From positions 1 to 64,000 of IMG/VR virus record IMGVR_UViG_3300014656_000018: a DNA stretch of 64,000 nucleotides; one strand, given 5' to 3'. Positions 37,789-47,638 of this stretch are shown here, piece after piece. This DNA is from a virus. Position 1 is the stretch's first letter. Each line of letters opens with the position of its first letter. The notes beneath the pieces were generated by a model. The model was not told the DNA's origin and did not search any database. It worked only from the letters and a program-made list of their open reading frames with translations. The position numbers were made by a program, and so were the translations under genes.

Positions 37789-38842
37789 GGTTTCCCTCTC
37801 CTGGAAAGTTATTGTCCTGAGCCATCCGCATCAGAATCTTTCTTTGTGGTTGAGGCAAAGACTGGAATATCGCCACCGGATTCCCGCAAAAACCCTTAGC
37901 GATATCCTCTCCAAACTGACGCTGAAGAAGGTCTCTGCCATTTCGAGCCAATCTCTGGAGATCAGTACCTGTCACCTTATCCATGCCATCTGAGTACTCG
38001 TACTCTGTCAGACCCTCAGATGCTTTTTTACTGAGAGTAGTGGTGAAGGGATCCAAGATATAGCTATCCCAATATGCTGAGATACCAGACCTTGTATCCA
38101 TCTCTGCCAAGACTTCTGCAAAAACATCCGGCTGCATCTGTGATGCCATCTTGAAGAGATCACCATAAGCGCCCTTCCAGGATTCATCTTCCAGAATGTC
38201 CACCCTACTCTTGATATGGCCCCAAAGAGAATTAGAGTAGGAGTCTCCAGTATATGCAGCCATCTCTGAAGGGATAGGAAGACCGAAGGCAGAGGCTCGC
38301 TTCTCTATGGATAGAGCCTCTGCTCTCCTATCCTGGGGATGCATTTGCAGAAAATCCTCCCTGAATTTTCTGATGGCGCTATGCGCCTCCTTAATGGTGT
38401 CGAGAGGGAGACCGGAAGCTGTTTTGAACACCACAGGTACCGTCTCTTCCGACTCCCTGATGTCTGTGACAAAGAGGTTCATTTTGTACAGGGCCCTCTC
38501 TCCGGATGTAAGACCCGCCTGCTTCTCCAGCACTGGTGGAACGTCAAGATTATGCCTTCTACAAGCAACAACCAGATTATGGGCAGCAGACTTTCTTATA
38601 TCCTCCGGGAGGTCATCTTTCGTCTCCATGAAATATAGAACAGACAGCGCTGTATTTCCAGGATCGACGCAAGCAAACTTTCTCTTCTTCTCCCCTCCGG
38701 AAGAGAGGAGTAGGGCAAAGCTCTCATCCTCAGCATTGGCTACATCTGTTGAAGCCTGCTTGATAAATATAGGTATCCTACTCATATCAGGGAGAAGGCG
38801 TCTTAGGAGAGATCCAGATAGATCGTCATAAAAGTCAAGCAT
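37781..38842 (-). CDS. Late protein with many K-x-A motifs
   Basis: Probable start ATG 38842 (MLDFYDD); IKQAS, RKSAA, EKQAG, FKTASG, EKRASA, FKMASQ, KKASE. Confidence 0.7.
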   Translation of the reverse strand: MLDFYDDLSGSLLRRLLPDMSRIPIFIKQASTDVANAEDESFALLLSSGGEKKRKFACVDPGNTALSVLYFMETKDDLPEDIRKSAAHNLVVACRRHNLDVPPVLEKQAGLTSGERALYKMNLFVTDIRESEETVPVVFKTASGLPLDTIKEAHSAIRKFREDFLQMHPQDRRAEALSIEKRASAFGLPIPSEMAAYTGDSYSNSLWGHIKSRVDILEDESWKGAYGDLFKMASQMQPDVFAEVLAEMDTRSGISAYWDSYILDPFTTTLSKKASEGLTEYEYSDGMDKVTGTDLQRLARNGRDLLQRQFGEDIAKGFCGNPVAIFQSLPQPQRKILMRMAQDNNFPGEGNHG

Positions 38843-38884
38843 AGGTTCCCACTCTCCGCAACCAATCAGTTGCCTTTGGTTTGG

Positions 38885-38915
38885 ATGATATGATGCCACA
38901 CCAATCAATGTCAAC
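38885..38915 (-). promoter_or_regulatory. Putative sigma70-like late promoter GTTGACA-N18-TATCAT
   Basis: Near-consensus -35 and -10 at the head of the operon. Confidence 0.65.
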
Positions 38916-38920
38916 AAGTA

Positions 38921-38948
38921 GAAGAATTGCAGACAAATTGGTATAAGA
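38921..38948 (+). promoter_or_regulatory. Putative phage promoter (GGTATAAGA) for the replication operon
   Basis: Recurrent motif, about 40 nt upstream of the first gene. Confidence 0.5.
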
Positions 38949-38986
38949 AAGCTGTAGTGATATAACACCTATACAGGAGTTTTTTT

Positions 38987-39424
38987 GTGGGAAATTCATA
39001 CACTGATAAGTTTCTGAGGAAGCCCAGGTGCTTTGGTGAAAAGTATGATTCAGAGGATGCTGAGTGTAGAAAGGAGTGTCCATTTAGGGAGGATTGCTAC
39101 GAGGTGTGGGAAAAGGAGGTATTCCTGAAGGAGGCCAGAAGAGTACCCACTACGCCCTACTATTATGGAAGGCAGAAAGAGGAGAAAACATCTTCTTATG
39201 TTGCAGAAGATAAGCTAGCTCCTCTTCTGAAAATTGATGAGATCATACCATATGAGGGAGAAGCCTGGTACTCCAGGCTGTGGTGGAATTCTCTATCCTC
39301 TGCCCTCAGCGCCATGGGCCACGAGACTCATATGTTCTTTCGATACTATCGATTTCCGCCAGACAGAAAACTTCTTAGTGGCAGAAAGACTATAGATATA
39401 GATGCTGAGGTAAAGAAAAAATGA
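38987..39424 (+). CDS. Hypothetical protein with an N-terminal 4-Cys cluster
   Basis: CFG...ECRKECPFREDC. Confidence 0.65.
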   Translation: MGNSYTDKFLRKPRCFGEKYDSEDAECRKECPFREDCYEVWEKEVFLKEARRVPTTPYYYGRQKEEKTSSYVAEDKLAPLLKIDEIIPYEGEAWYSRLWWNSLSSALSAMGHETHMFFRYYRFPPDRKLLSGRKTIDIDAEVKKK

Positions 39425-39606
39425 AATGGATCAGAGCCAAAGTGGGAACCTTAGCTGCAAGCAAGATACTCCACATCAGGGGAAGAATTCAACTGGGTGA
39501 GTTTATCGAATGGCGAGAAATTGGAGAGACTAAGTGGACAAAGACCCACCGAGGATTGATTGATAAGATCAACTCTGATGGGCTTATTTTTGTTGAGAGA
39601 ATGTGA
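39421..39606 (+). CDS. Small hypothetical protein
   Basis: Overlaps both neighbours by 4 nt. Confidence 0.55.
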   Translation: MKWIRAKVGTLAASKILHIRGRIQLGEFIEWREIGETKWTKTHRGLIDKINSDGLIFVERM

Positions 39607-40025
39607 AAGTGCTACCTTGGGATATACTAAAAAGAGAGCGTGAAAAAAATAACCTTTCTGGAAGGGATACAGCAGCCAAGGTAGGTATATCCAGGGAGGC
39701 ACTCAGAAAGATAGAAGATGGAAGGCTCATACCTAAGAATATTGTCCTAAGAGGGCTGGTCCGGATATATGGTATAAGCCCCCCTGAAGCTCGGCACCTA
39801 TACGGATTGGTGTGTAAAGAGAGAGTAAAAAGATCCTCGATAATAAGGGATTATAATGATCTCAAAAAAGACATAGGTGATATGAAACTGAATAAGCTGG
39901 TGTCGAAGATATCTGCGGACATCATAGATGCTATACGTAATGGGGATCAGTTAAATAGCTTAGGTCTGTATAAACAGATAGACGAGATAGTAAAAAAATG
40001 TGTGGAAAGCTGGGACAGAAGTTGA
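39603..40025 (+). CDS. XRE-family HTH protein
   Basis: LKREREKNNLSGRDTAAKVGISREALRKIEDGRLIP. Confidence 0.8.
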   Translation: MKVLPWDILKREREKNNLSGRDTAAKVGISREALRKIEDGRLIPKNIVLRGLVRIYGISPPEARHLYGLVCKERVKRSSIIRDYNDLKKDIGDMKLNKLVSKISADIIDAIRNGDQLNSLGLYKQIDEIVKKCVESWDRS

Positions 40026-41356
40026 GGTTTGTAGAAAAGGACACAGGCGCTATTTACTGGGGAACTGAACTATGGCTCCCAAAAAGTAAGGTACCAGTAG
40101 AATCAATAAAAGCAAGCCTGACCTTTGATGTAGGTGATGACAGGATATGTGTCTGGAAGGAAACAGATAAGCATATAATCACCCCCAGAGAGCTGTTCAG
40201 TCCCGAAAACCTACAAAATTTCCATTGTCCTATTTTTGATGTAAGGCAGAGAGAATATGATGTAGTACATTTTCAAGACCGTTTCTTACCTAGAAGCCAG
40301 GTACAGGAAGATGCCTGGAAAGTTTTATCAAAAGCAGGTTGTGGTGTAGTTAATATAGCTTGCGGGGGTGGTAAAACAGGATTGGCTCTAAAGAAGGCAG
40401 CACAGCAGAGAGGTCCCACACTTGTCGTCATAAATAACACAGGAACGGGTAAGCAATGGATGGAAGAGGCAAACAAGTTCCTGGGATTGGGTAAGGATGA
40501 GATTGGCCTTGTAAAAGGATCCATATTCGATTGGAAGAAGCCTCTGGTGATAGCTACCATACAAACACTCTCAAAGAGGGCAGAGCAGTGGCCCGATGAG
40601 TTCCTGAGGAGATGGAAAACAATTATCTTCGATGAAGTTCATCATACCTCTGCCAGAGTTTTTTCTAAAGTGCTTCCTTTATTTCATGGAATAAGAATAG
40701 GACTGACTGCAACCCTACATAGGGAAGATGGCCTTGAGGATATTTTCCTCTATCATGTAGGTCCTGTCATTTTCTCTGATCTCAGCCAGGAACTACCGGC
40801 AAAGATATACTTCCAACAGACTCCATTCTATTGCTCCATGACAGACCCAAATATTTTAGACATCAGAGGAGAGTTCAATATAGGCAAATTCTATGCTTAC
40901 CTGGGCAGAATGGAGGATAGAAACAGTTTTCTGGTTGAACACATAAGTAGAGCCCTATTCAATGGGAGAAAGATCTTGGGGTTTACCCACAGCAGGGAAC
41001 ACACAGAGCTACTCCATAAGGTTATAGAAGAGAGTGGGGTAATTCACGGAGGCATCAAAGCGGGAGACAGGCTAAGGATACTGAGGGAGTGCAGAGCAGT
41101 ATTTGCCACCCCCGGCTGTGCTGAAGAGGCAATGGATGATCCAGCTCTGGATACTATCATGTTCTTCACACCATACCAGGTATGGAGAACCTTCCAACAA
41201 GGAATAGGGAGATCACAAAGAAGGTTTGGCGATAAAAAGGAACCCATGGTTGTTTTATTTGAGGATATCCGTATACCACCATCCAGGGGACTATATAACC
41301 AGCTGAGAGGACATCTGAGGAAGTTTGGTTATGATTTCAGTACGGTAAAGATCTGA
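39998..41356 (+). CDS. Superfamily II DNA helicase (UvsW/XPB-like)
   Basis: ACGGGKT, FDEVHH, GLTAT, QQGIGRSQR. Confidence 0.85.
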   Translation: MCGKLGQKLRFVEKDTGAIYWGTELWLPKSKVPVESIKASLTFDVGDDRICVWKETDKHIITPRELFSPENLQNFHCPIFDVRQREYDVVHFQDRFLPRSQVQEDAWKVLSKAGCGVVNIACGGGKTGLALKKAAQQRGPTLVVINNTGTGKQWMEEANKFLGLGKDEIGLVKGSIFDWKKPLVIATIQTLSKRAEQWPDEFLRRWKTIIFDEVHHTSARVFSKVLPLFHGIRIGLTATLHREDGLEDIFLYHVGPVIFSDLSQELPAKIYFQQTPFYCSMTDPNILDIRGEFNIGKFYAYLGRMEDRNSFLVEHISRALFNGRKILGFTHSREHTELLHKVIEESGVIHGGIKAGDRLRILRECRAVFATPGCAEEAMDDPALDTIMFFTPYQVWRTFQQGIGRSQRRFGDKKEPMVVLFEDIRIPPSRGLYNQLRGHLRKFGYDFSTVKI

Positions 41357-42054
41357 TGTACAGGACACCTAAAGAGATAAGAAGTGCGTGGGGAGATTGT
41401 AGGCGTTGTGGTCTGCGTGCAGGGGCCAAGAATATGGTGTTTGGGGAAGGAAACTCCAATGCAGACATAATGATCATAGGTGAAGCCCCTGGAGAGTGGG
41501 AGGATTCTACCGAGGTTCCCTTTATTGGAGAGTCCGGAGACGTACTCACTCTGTTTCTCCACAACACCAAACTACTAAGAGAGGCCTTCACAGACAGGGA
41601 GCTTGACGCCCTACAGGCTGGGACGTTGCAGGGTGTAACCATAAGAGAGAAGAGAAACAACATATACATGACAAATCTGGTACAGTGCAGGCCACCAGAC
41701 AACCGAAACCCCAGCGATATTGAGGTAAAAGCTTGCTGGCCCAGGTTAGCGGCCCAGATCTACTCTGTGGACCCCATGCTGATAATCGCCCTGGGGGGCG
41801 TTGCTGCAAGATTCCTGATGGATAGGGATGTAACAATCACTACGGAGAGAGGGAGCGTGCTTGATATAACCTTTCCCGGACTGACGGGGAATTATCAGAT
41901 TCCGGTCATGTTGTGTCTACATCCAGCATATTTGATGAGAAATGCTGATAGGAGGCCTGGAGGGATCTGGGAGAAGATGCACAATGACCTGGAGATGGCA
42001 AAGACAATAGTGGAGACAGCCAAGGCTGCTTATAGGGGTGATAATGTCCACTAA
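41356..42054 (+). CDS. udg: Uracil-DNA glycosylase family 4
   Basis: CRRCGL, IGEAPG..E, PFIG, TNLVQCRPPDNRNP, HPAY. Confidence 0.9.
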   Translation: MYRTPKEIRSAWGDCRRCGLRAGAKNMVFGEGNSNADIMIIGEAPGEWEDSTEVPFIGESGDVLTLFLHNTKLLREAFTDRELDALQAGTLQGVTIREKRNNIYMTNLVQCRPPDNRNPSDIEVKACWPRLAAQIYSVDPMLIIALGGVAARFLMDRDVTITTERGSVLDITFPGLTGNYQIPVMLCLHPAYLMRNADRRPGGIWEKMHNDLEMAKTIVETAKAAYRGDNVH

Positions 42055-42472
42055 AGAGATTGACGAACTTCAAAAAGAGTTGGGGAAGATCAATGATACA
42101 ATGATCGAAGTAGAGGAAAGGGCCTCTCAGGAATTCATGGATTGGTACAAATTACATGAGAGAAGGAACCAGGTGATAGAAAAGCTCAGGGGGGTTATAC
42201 GTCAGACCCCGTTTGAGGGTAAGAGCTTCAACTATGGGATGTTCAGAGTGACTAGAGCAGTGAGAAGGGAGGTAGATATCTCCGAGCTTAGGAAAAAAGT
42301 ACCAGAAGCCTTCATACTTCCAGGTGTTGTAACCAAGGTTGATGTAAAGGCTTTAGAATCAGCTATTGCTTCCGGAGATATTGATAAAGAGAAGGCAGAG
42401 ATGATTAGGGGCTGCTTCTCCGAGGAGGAGGATACTCCTCGCATTCATGGACCCAAGATAGTAGACCTATGA
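42038..42472 (+). CDS. Hypothetical coiled-coil protein
   Basis: Coupled ORF in the replication operon. Confidence 0.6.
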   Translation: MIMSTKEIDELQKELGKINDTMIEVEERASQEFMDWYKLHERRNQVIEKLRGVIRQTPFEGKSFNYGMFRVTRAVRREVDISELRKKVPEAFILPGVVTKVDVKALESAIASGDIDKEKAEMIRGCFSEEEDTPRIHGPKIVDL

Positions 42473-42807
42473 AAAAGCAATCCTGGGCAGCTGTTAGAAA
42501 AAGGGGGGAGCTGCTGATGAATACAGATACGGAGAGGGAAATGCCGAAAAAAGCTAAAGATGAATATACCAATCTAGTTGGGGATGGGAAAGCAAAGGTA
42601 CACCGTATGGTAACACTGGGGATGTCCAAAGAGATAGGACGTAACTTCTGGGTAAAGGCAGATGTCGGAGCCATCTGTGAGCTGTCATGTAACCAAGATG
42701 AGGCTACCATATTGAAGGCAGGAAAGCTGGCGCAGGAGTTGGCCAGCAGCTGGGCTTCTGATGAGTTTGGTGAAGCTAATAGCTTCATTGACAGCTTCAA
42801 ATCATGA
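42469..42807 (+). CDS. Hypothetical protein
   Basis: Coupled ORF. Confidence 0.6.
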   Translation: MKKQSWAAVRKRGELLMNTDTEREMPKKAKDEYTNLVGDGKAKVHRMVTLGMSKEIGRNFWVKADVGAICELSCNQDEATILKAGKLAQELASSWASDEFGEANSFIDSFKS

Positions 42808-43136
42808 AGAGTGCAAGGTGCAAAATCTCTGGGGCTATATTGATGGAGGGCAACTTCAGGGGGAAGGATCATCCCGAAGGGCCCATGCTTACTTCATCCT
42901 TTGCGTATATAATGGAAGGAAGAGAGGGATTTGAGACCTGCGGAAAGATAGATTTTATATCCCCAAAATACTATAACGCCTGGCCAGAGGACATCAAAAA
43001 TAGGTTGAATGATCTGGTAGAAGCCTTGGAGAATCACTTTATCAACGACAGCGGACTATTTGAAGGTAATGAGGAAGTAATACATGCCACTATCCCTACA
43101 AGACCTACAGAGCAGCGGGAACCTGAAGAGTTTTGA
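42804..43136 (+). CDS. Hypothetical protein
   Basis: Coupled ORF. Confidence 0.6.
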   Translation: MKSARCKISGAILMEGNFRGKDHPEGPMLTSSFAYIMEGREGFETCGKIDFISPKYYNAWPEDIKNRLNDLVEALENHFINDSGLFEGNEEVIHATIPTRPTEQREPEEF

Positions 43137-44157
43137 TGATATCCGTGAGATGGTACATGAGAGACATGATAGGAAATTTCCAGATAAGATAGTAGATCTC
43201 AATGAAACAACAATAACGGAAAACATGCATATACATGTTCCGGGTTTTGGTATCTTGGAACCTACAGACTGGGCTTTGAATCAAATTGGACAATCTCTCG
43301 GAATAAAGTGGAAGAAGTGGTTCGGCCTGTACCAGGAGAATCCCGTAGTAACTGCCAAGGAAGCACAGGAGGAGCTGAGTAGAAGATTCAATCGTATTCC
43401 CAATATGGGTAGAATGATTCGAGCCAGCCATCATGAAACTGCCAGTGCCAAATCAGATGGTGTTCTGGAAGCCTTTCTCAGCCCAACATACGTACCCATC
43501 GATGATGTAAGGATCTTTGAAAGATTGGCCATCTCCTTCGGAACTCAGATGGATGAAATGATGGTTCTGGACTCTCCTATAAGATCTATCGGTGGGAGGT
43601 GGGGATGGGGGTGGGGAAATGATAGAACATCCCATTACACATTCATAACCGGGGAGGAGAGGGATCTAGGACAAGACAATGAGACAGATAATCACCTAGC
43701 CGGATTTCATATGAGAAATTCCGAGTTCGGTGCTGCATCTCTGACTCTGGATGATTTCTGGTTCCGGATCATCTGTATGAATGGTCTGATGGCCATGGTT
43801 GATAATGAGAGGCTTCTATATAGGCAGCACAGAAACATTGAGAACTCTGATATAGACGACCTGATCAGAGAGGGATTTGGTAAGCTGAAGGGCAGACATG
43901 AGAGGGTACTGGGCGCTCTAATCCGGGGTAAGAATGAGCATATAGCCGATCCGCAGTTTGACCTGGAAGAGGTTCTGAGGAGGGGGAAGCAGAGTGGGAA
44001 GCTCATAGAGAAAGCCCAGCTGGCCTGGGAGGAGGAGGAGGAATTCAGCAGGTTCGGTATGGTACAGGCAATTACCAGAGCTGCCAGAGATATCACCGAT
44101 CCTGACCACAGATATGAGCTGGAGCTTCTCGCCGGAAGATTTCTTCTTGTAAACTAG
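43084..44157 (+). CDS. DUF932-like phage protein
   Basis: LSPTYVPIDD...GFHMRNSEFGAASL...RIICMNG pattern. Confidence 0.6.
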   Translation: MPLSLQDLQSSGNLKSFDDIREMVHERHDRKFPDKIVDLNETTITENMHIHVPGFGILEPTDWALNQIGQSLGIKWKKWFGLYQENPVVTAKEAQEELSRRFNRIPNMGRMIRASHHETASAKSDGVLEAFLSPTYVPIDDVRIFERLAISFGTQMDEMMVLDSPIRSIGGRWGWGWGNDRTSHYTFITGEERDLGQDNETDNHLAGFHMRNSEFGAASLTLDDFWFRIICMNGLMAMVDNERLLYRQHRNIENSDIDDLIREGFGKLKGRHERVLGALIRGKNEHIADPQFDLEEVLRRGKQSGKLIEKAQLAWEEEEEFSRFGMVQAITRAARDITDPDHRYELELLAGRFLLVN

Positions 44158-44259
44158 ATAGTTAATACTAACTGGGTGATTCTGAACAGGAAATCATCTA
44201 TTGACTACCAATTTTCGAGAGGATAGCGTGTTGTATTAGAGACAGACGTGGAGAGATGA

Positions 44260-45633
44260 ATGGCCTCAAATTGGGAACTACAGCTTATCAGCGCCATTCT
44301 TTCAGAGGAAGATCTAGATACCCCAGAAAGAATTTTCAGGATTGACTCCTCCAGTTTCATATCAGATGAAGCAGCAGCCATGTTCGACAGCATTAGTAAA
44401 TACTGGCACAAGAAGAAGCATTGGGGAGAGGTTCCTCCTCTCCGCTGGATCGAGGAGAGATTCCCTACGATCCAGCTACCGGAGCAGGAAGCTACCATTG
44501 CTGAGCTTTGCGATCTTGTAAAACAAAACTATGTCAGGAGAAGGTTGTTTACGATATCGGACAGGCTGTATGATCTGGCGGAAAGGGAAGATGATCCAGA
44601 AAACGCTCTAAACTATCTATTACAGGAGACCAAGGAGTTTACCCGGCTAGTGTCTCCGGAGGATGACATTGATTTTGGAAAGACTGCCTTCAGGGAGATA
44701 AAGAAGGAGGTGGAGGTACTAGAGGAATCCAAAGGTCTTCTTGGTCTTCCGTGGCCTTGGCAGCTGATGAATGACGAAACGCAGGGACTGGAAAACGGTG
44801 GTTTATATATACTGTATGCAAGGCCAAAATCTATGAAAACCTGGCTAATGTTATATATAGCCACAAATCTATATGTAAACTTTGGTCTGCGTGTGATGGT
44901 CTGGTGCAGAGAGATGACCCCGGAGCAGATGCGAAGACGTATCGCCATGATTGTTGGGGGAATAGATTACTCATCATTCAGACAGGGCACCCTGACTGCT
45001 AAAGAAAAAACCAGGCTGTTTGATTGCCTGGAGATGCTGCAGGATGAATATCTAATACAGGGTGGCCAAAAGCTGAAAATAACCAAAGGCTCATTCTCCG
45101 ACAATGATAATGCACAGGGATCTATTGCAGAGCTGAGAGCAAAGGCTGAGGAATTTCAACCACAGCTGATAGTAGCAGATAGCCCCTACCACATGCAGGC
45201 ATCATCCAAGTGGAGAGACATTACAGATCTTGCAAGATCTTTGAAGGGCTTGGCGGCAGATCTGAATGTTCCACTAATCTGTACCTGGCAGGCAAACAGG
45301 GAAGGGGAAAAAACTATGGGCAAGAACCTCAGTGAGATAGCACTAGGTGATGCTCTTGCACAGGAAGCGGACATGCTTTGTAGGATACTGAAGAGGGGTA
45401 CAAAGAAGGAGCCGAAGCTGAGTCTTGTTATTCCCGGAGCCAGGGAATTTGCCTTCGAAGGATTTACCATCAATGGTAAGCCGGGAGGTGATTTCACATT
45501 TCTGTCAGAGGAAATTCTCTGGGAGGATAAGGAAGAGGAAGTCAGGCTGGTATCTCCCGGATCTCGGTCTGGAGGTAGAAGCAGAAAGAGCGAGGCTTTA
45601 GCCAATATGCCAAGAGATCTGGATCAGGAATGA
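44260..45633 (+). CDS. dnaB: Replicative helicase (DnaB-like)
   Basis: Walker A variant YARPKSMKT; REM; LIVADS; LKGLAADLNVPLICTWQANR; QEAD. Confidence 0.85.
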   Translation: MASNWELQLISAILSEEDLDTPERIFRIDSSSFISDEAAAMFDSISKYWHKKKHWGEVPPLRWIEERFPTIQLPEQEATIAELCDLVKQNYVRRRLFTISDRLYDLAEREDDPENALNYLLQETKEFTRLVSPEDDIDFGKTAFREIKKEVEVLEESKGLLGLPWPWQLMNDETQGLENGGLYILYARPKSMKTWLMLYIATNLYVNFGLRVMVWCREMTPEQMRRRIAMIVGGIDYSSFRQGTLTAKEKTRLFDCLEMLQDEYLIQGGQKLKITKGSFSDNDNAQGSIAELRAKAEEFQPQLIVADSPYHMQASSKWRDITDLARSLKGLAADLNVPLICTWQANREGEKTMGKNLSEIALGDALAQEADMLCRILKRGTKKEPKLSLVIPGAREFAFEGFTINGKPGGDFTFLSEEILWEDKEEEVRLVSPGSRSGGRSRKSEALANMPRDLDQE

Positions 45634-46595
45634 TTACCGGTCAGCTCATAGCTCTCCTCAAAACATATCTACCGAAGGGAAAACAGATAGGTGAAGAGTT
45701 TGTCTCTCCATGTCCATTTCACAAGGGAGGACAGGAGAGACGCCCCAGCTTCTCGTTGAATATGGAACAAGGAGTGTCCTTCTGCCACACCTGTCATAAG
45801 GGGTGGTCGTTGAAGACACTGCTAAGAGAGCTGGGTGTACCGCAGCTGGAAGCAGACAGGGTAGTTGGAAGATTCCCCAAAAGAGTAACCCCAAAAAGCA
45901 TATTCAGGGACACTGATCTATTTAAGGGTTTTGAAATACCAGAGCTTGTGTTAGTTGAGTTTGATAGGTGTCCATTGGAGCTTCTTATAAAAGGATTCAA
46001 AAAAGAGACACTGAAGTATTTTGAGGTAGGGTATGATTTGGAGAGAGATAGAATCACCTACCCAATTAGAAACGTATGGGGGACTTTGGTAGGGATATAC
46101 GGAAGGCTGTCTGATGAGGAAAAAGAAATATTAGGCCTGAAGTATAAGCCATATCAGGAGGAGTTTCAGGAGGCTGTTCCTGGCTATAAGATCGGTGGTC
46201 GTCAGCATCTATGGAATCTCCATCATCTTTACCCCATAGCATGGAAGGTCGGGCTGGGTGAGGTGATAGTTGTAGAAGGCTTCAAGCAGGCCATGTGGGT
46301 ATGGCAAGCAGGATTCTATAATGTACTTGCCCTATTCGGATCATATATGACAAGAACACAGCAGGCTTTGATACAGAGAATAGGAAGCAACATAATACTA
46401 TTTTTGGATAATGATGGGGCGGGAAAGGAGGGAACACTGAGAACTGCTGGTATATTGAGAGGGTTACAGAAAGTAAAAATTTGTACGTACCCAGAAAAGT
46501 GTAATCAACCAGATGATATGGACTCACAAATGGTGAGAAGCTGTATTGAGGGAGCTTCGGATCTGAGAACCTGGAGGAGAAATAATGTCCTATAA
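45630..46595 (+). CDS. dnaG: DNA primase (CHC2 Zn finger + TOPRIM)
   Basis: CPFH...CHTC; VVEG; LDNDGAG. Confidence 0.9.
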   Translation: MITGQLIALLKTYLPKGKQIGEEFVSPCPFHKGGQERRPSFSLNMEQGVSFCHTCHKGWSLKTLLRELGVPQLEADRVVGRFPKRVTPKSIFRDTDLFKGFEIPELVLVEFDRCPLELLIKGFKKETLKYFEVGYDLERDRITYPIRNVWGTLVGIYGRLSDEEKEILGLKYKPYQEEFQEAVPGYKIGGRQHLWNLHHLYPIAWKVGLGEVIVVEGFKQAMWVWQAGFYNVLALFGSYMTRTQQALIQRIGSNIILFLDNDGAGKEGTLRTAGILRGLQKVKICTYPEKCNQPDDMDSQMVRSCIEGASDLRTWRRNNVL

Positions 46596-47628
46596 TCATA
46601 GTGCTTATCGTGCAACTGTCAGGAGAGATGTCAGCAGGAGAAGGAAGGATCAGAATAGGGGAAGGGGAAGGTATAACTACTTCAAGCTTCCTAAATCCCC
46701 AACCAACATCAGACTGATCCCTGGAGAGTACAAGGCATGGGATGGTAGCACCAGACCTTACTTTGTAAAATTCACCCACTTCGATGTGGTGGATAATAGA
46801 GTACGTGATTGTCAGGGTGAAGAGTGCATAATGTGTCACCAGCTAGAGAACGCCAAAGGGAAGGGGAAAAGTAAAGACAGATTTACCCGGCCGTCCATGA
46901 GGTACGTGTATAATGCTGTTCACCTGGCCGACTACCATCTGGTGGAGGAAGTTAACAAGGATACGGGCGAGAAGTACAAGGTCAAGATAGAGTGCGAAGG
47001 TAGACGCTGTAAGTATTGTAAGGATGGTGTAGAGAAGGTGTTCGGTAAGAAGATTCACTGGACCCTCTCCGAAGAGGATCACACCATCCTGATGGCCTAT
47101 GACCTGGAGCTGTCTCAGAAGTGCCAGTGTGGGATAGGAGACATTTTTGTACTTAGCTACGAGTGCAAGAAGTGTCTGGGGGAGATTTTGAATGCTTCCG
47201 AATGTCCTCTGAACAACCAGGAGGTTATCGAGTTTGGGGATCAGGAGCAGAGGTGTCCCAAGTGCGGACATACCGATCTCCCCCAGGCCATCCTGGAGTG
47301 TGTAGAGGAAGATGCCAAGGGTAACTGGATTGCCTGCTGTGATAACCCAAAACCTGTCAATATCTTCTGTGTAAACCTGGAGGTCAAGGGTGTAGAGAGA
47401 CATAGGAGAGATGGAAGGACCTTTATCTCTCTTCAGATCACCGGCTCTGAGGTAGCAGAAGCTGATGATAGAATCTCTGATCTATCTGAACCATATGATT
47501 TTGAGGCCATGTTCGATATGCCTCTCGACAAGCAGTCTGAGATTCTGAACCTCCCCATCCCTGATGACATCGGGAAGCGTAGGGGAAGAGGTGGCAGAAG
47601 GGAGGAGAGGGCGGTTTCCTACGATTGA
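46585..47628 (+). CDS. Putative single-stranded DNA-binding protein (gp32-like) with several Zn sites
   Basis: IRLIP...YF..H...C....C..C...RYVYN gp32-like layout; extra CxxC pairs; adjacent to primase. Confidence 0.55.
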   Translation: MSYNHSAYRATVRRDVSRRRKDQNRGRGRYNYFKLPKSPTNIRLIPGEYKAWDGSTRPYFVKFTHFDVVDNRVRDCQGEECIMCHQLENAKGKGKSKDRFTRPSMRYVYNAVHLADYHLVEEVNKDTGEKYKVKIECEGRRCKYCKDGVEKVFGKKIHWTLSEEDHTILMAYDLELSQKCQCGIGDIFVLSYECKKCLGEILNASECPLNNQEVIEFGDQEQRCPKCGHTDLPQAILECVEEDAKGNWIACCDNPKPVNIFCVNLEVKGVERHRRDGRTFISLQITGSEVAEADDRISDLSEPYDFEAMFDMPLDKQSEILNLPIPDDIGKRRGRGGRREERAVSYD

Positions 47629-47638
47629 GGGAATTATA

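Noticed and set aside
44202-44230. TTGACT-N17-TAGCGT upstream of dnaB as a member of the late promoter class
   Set aside because: 17-bp spacer, no leading G and a weak -10; it may be an ordinary host promoter but the support is too thin.
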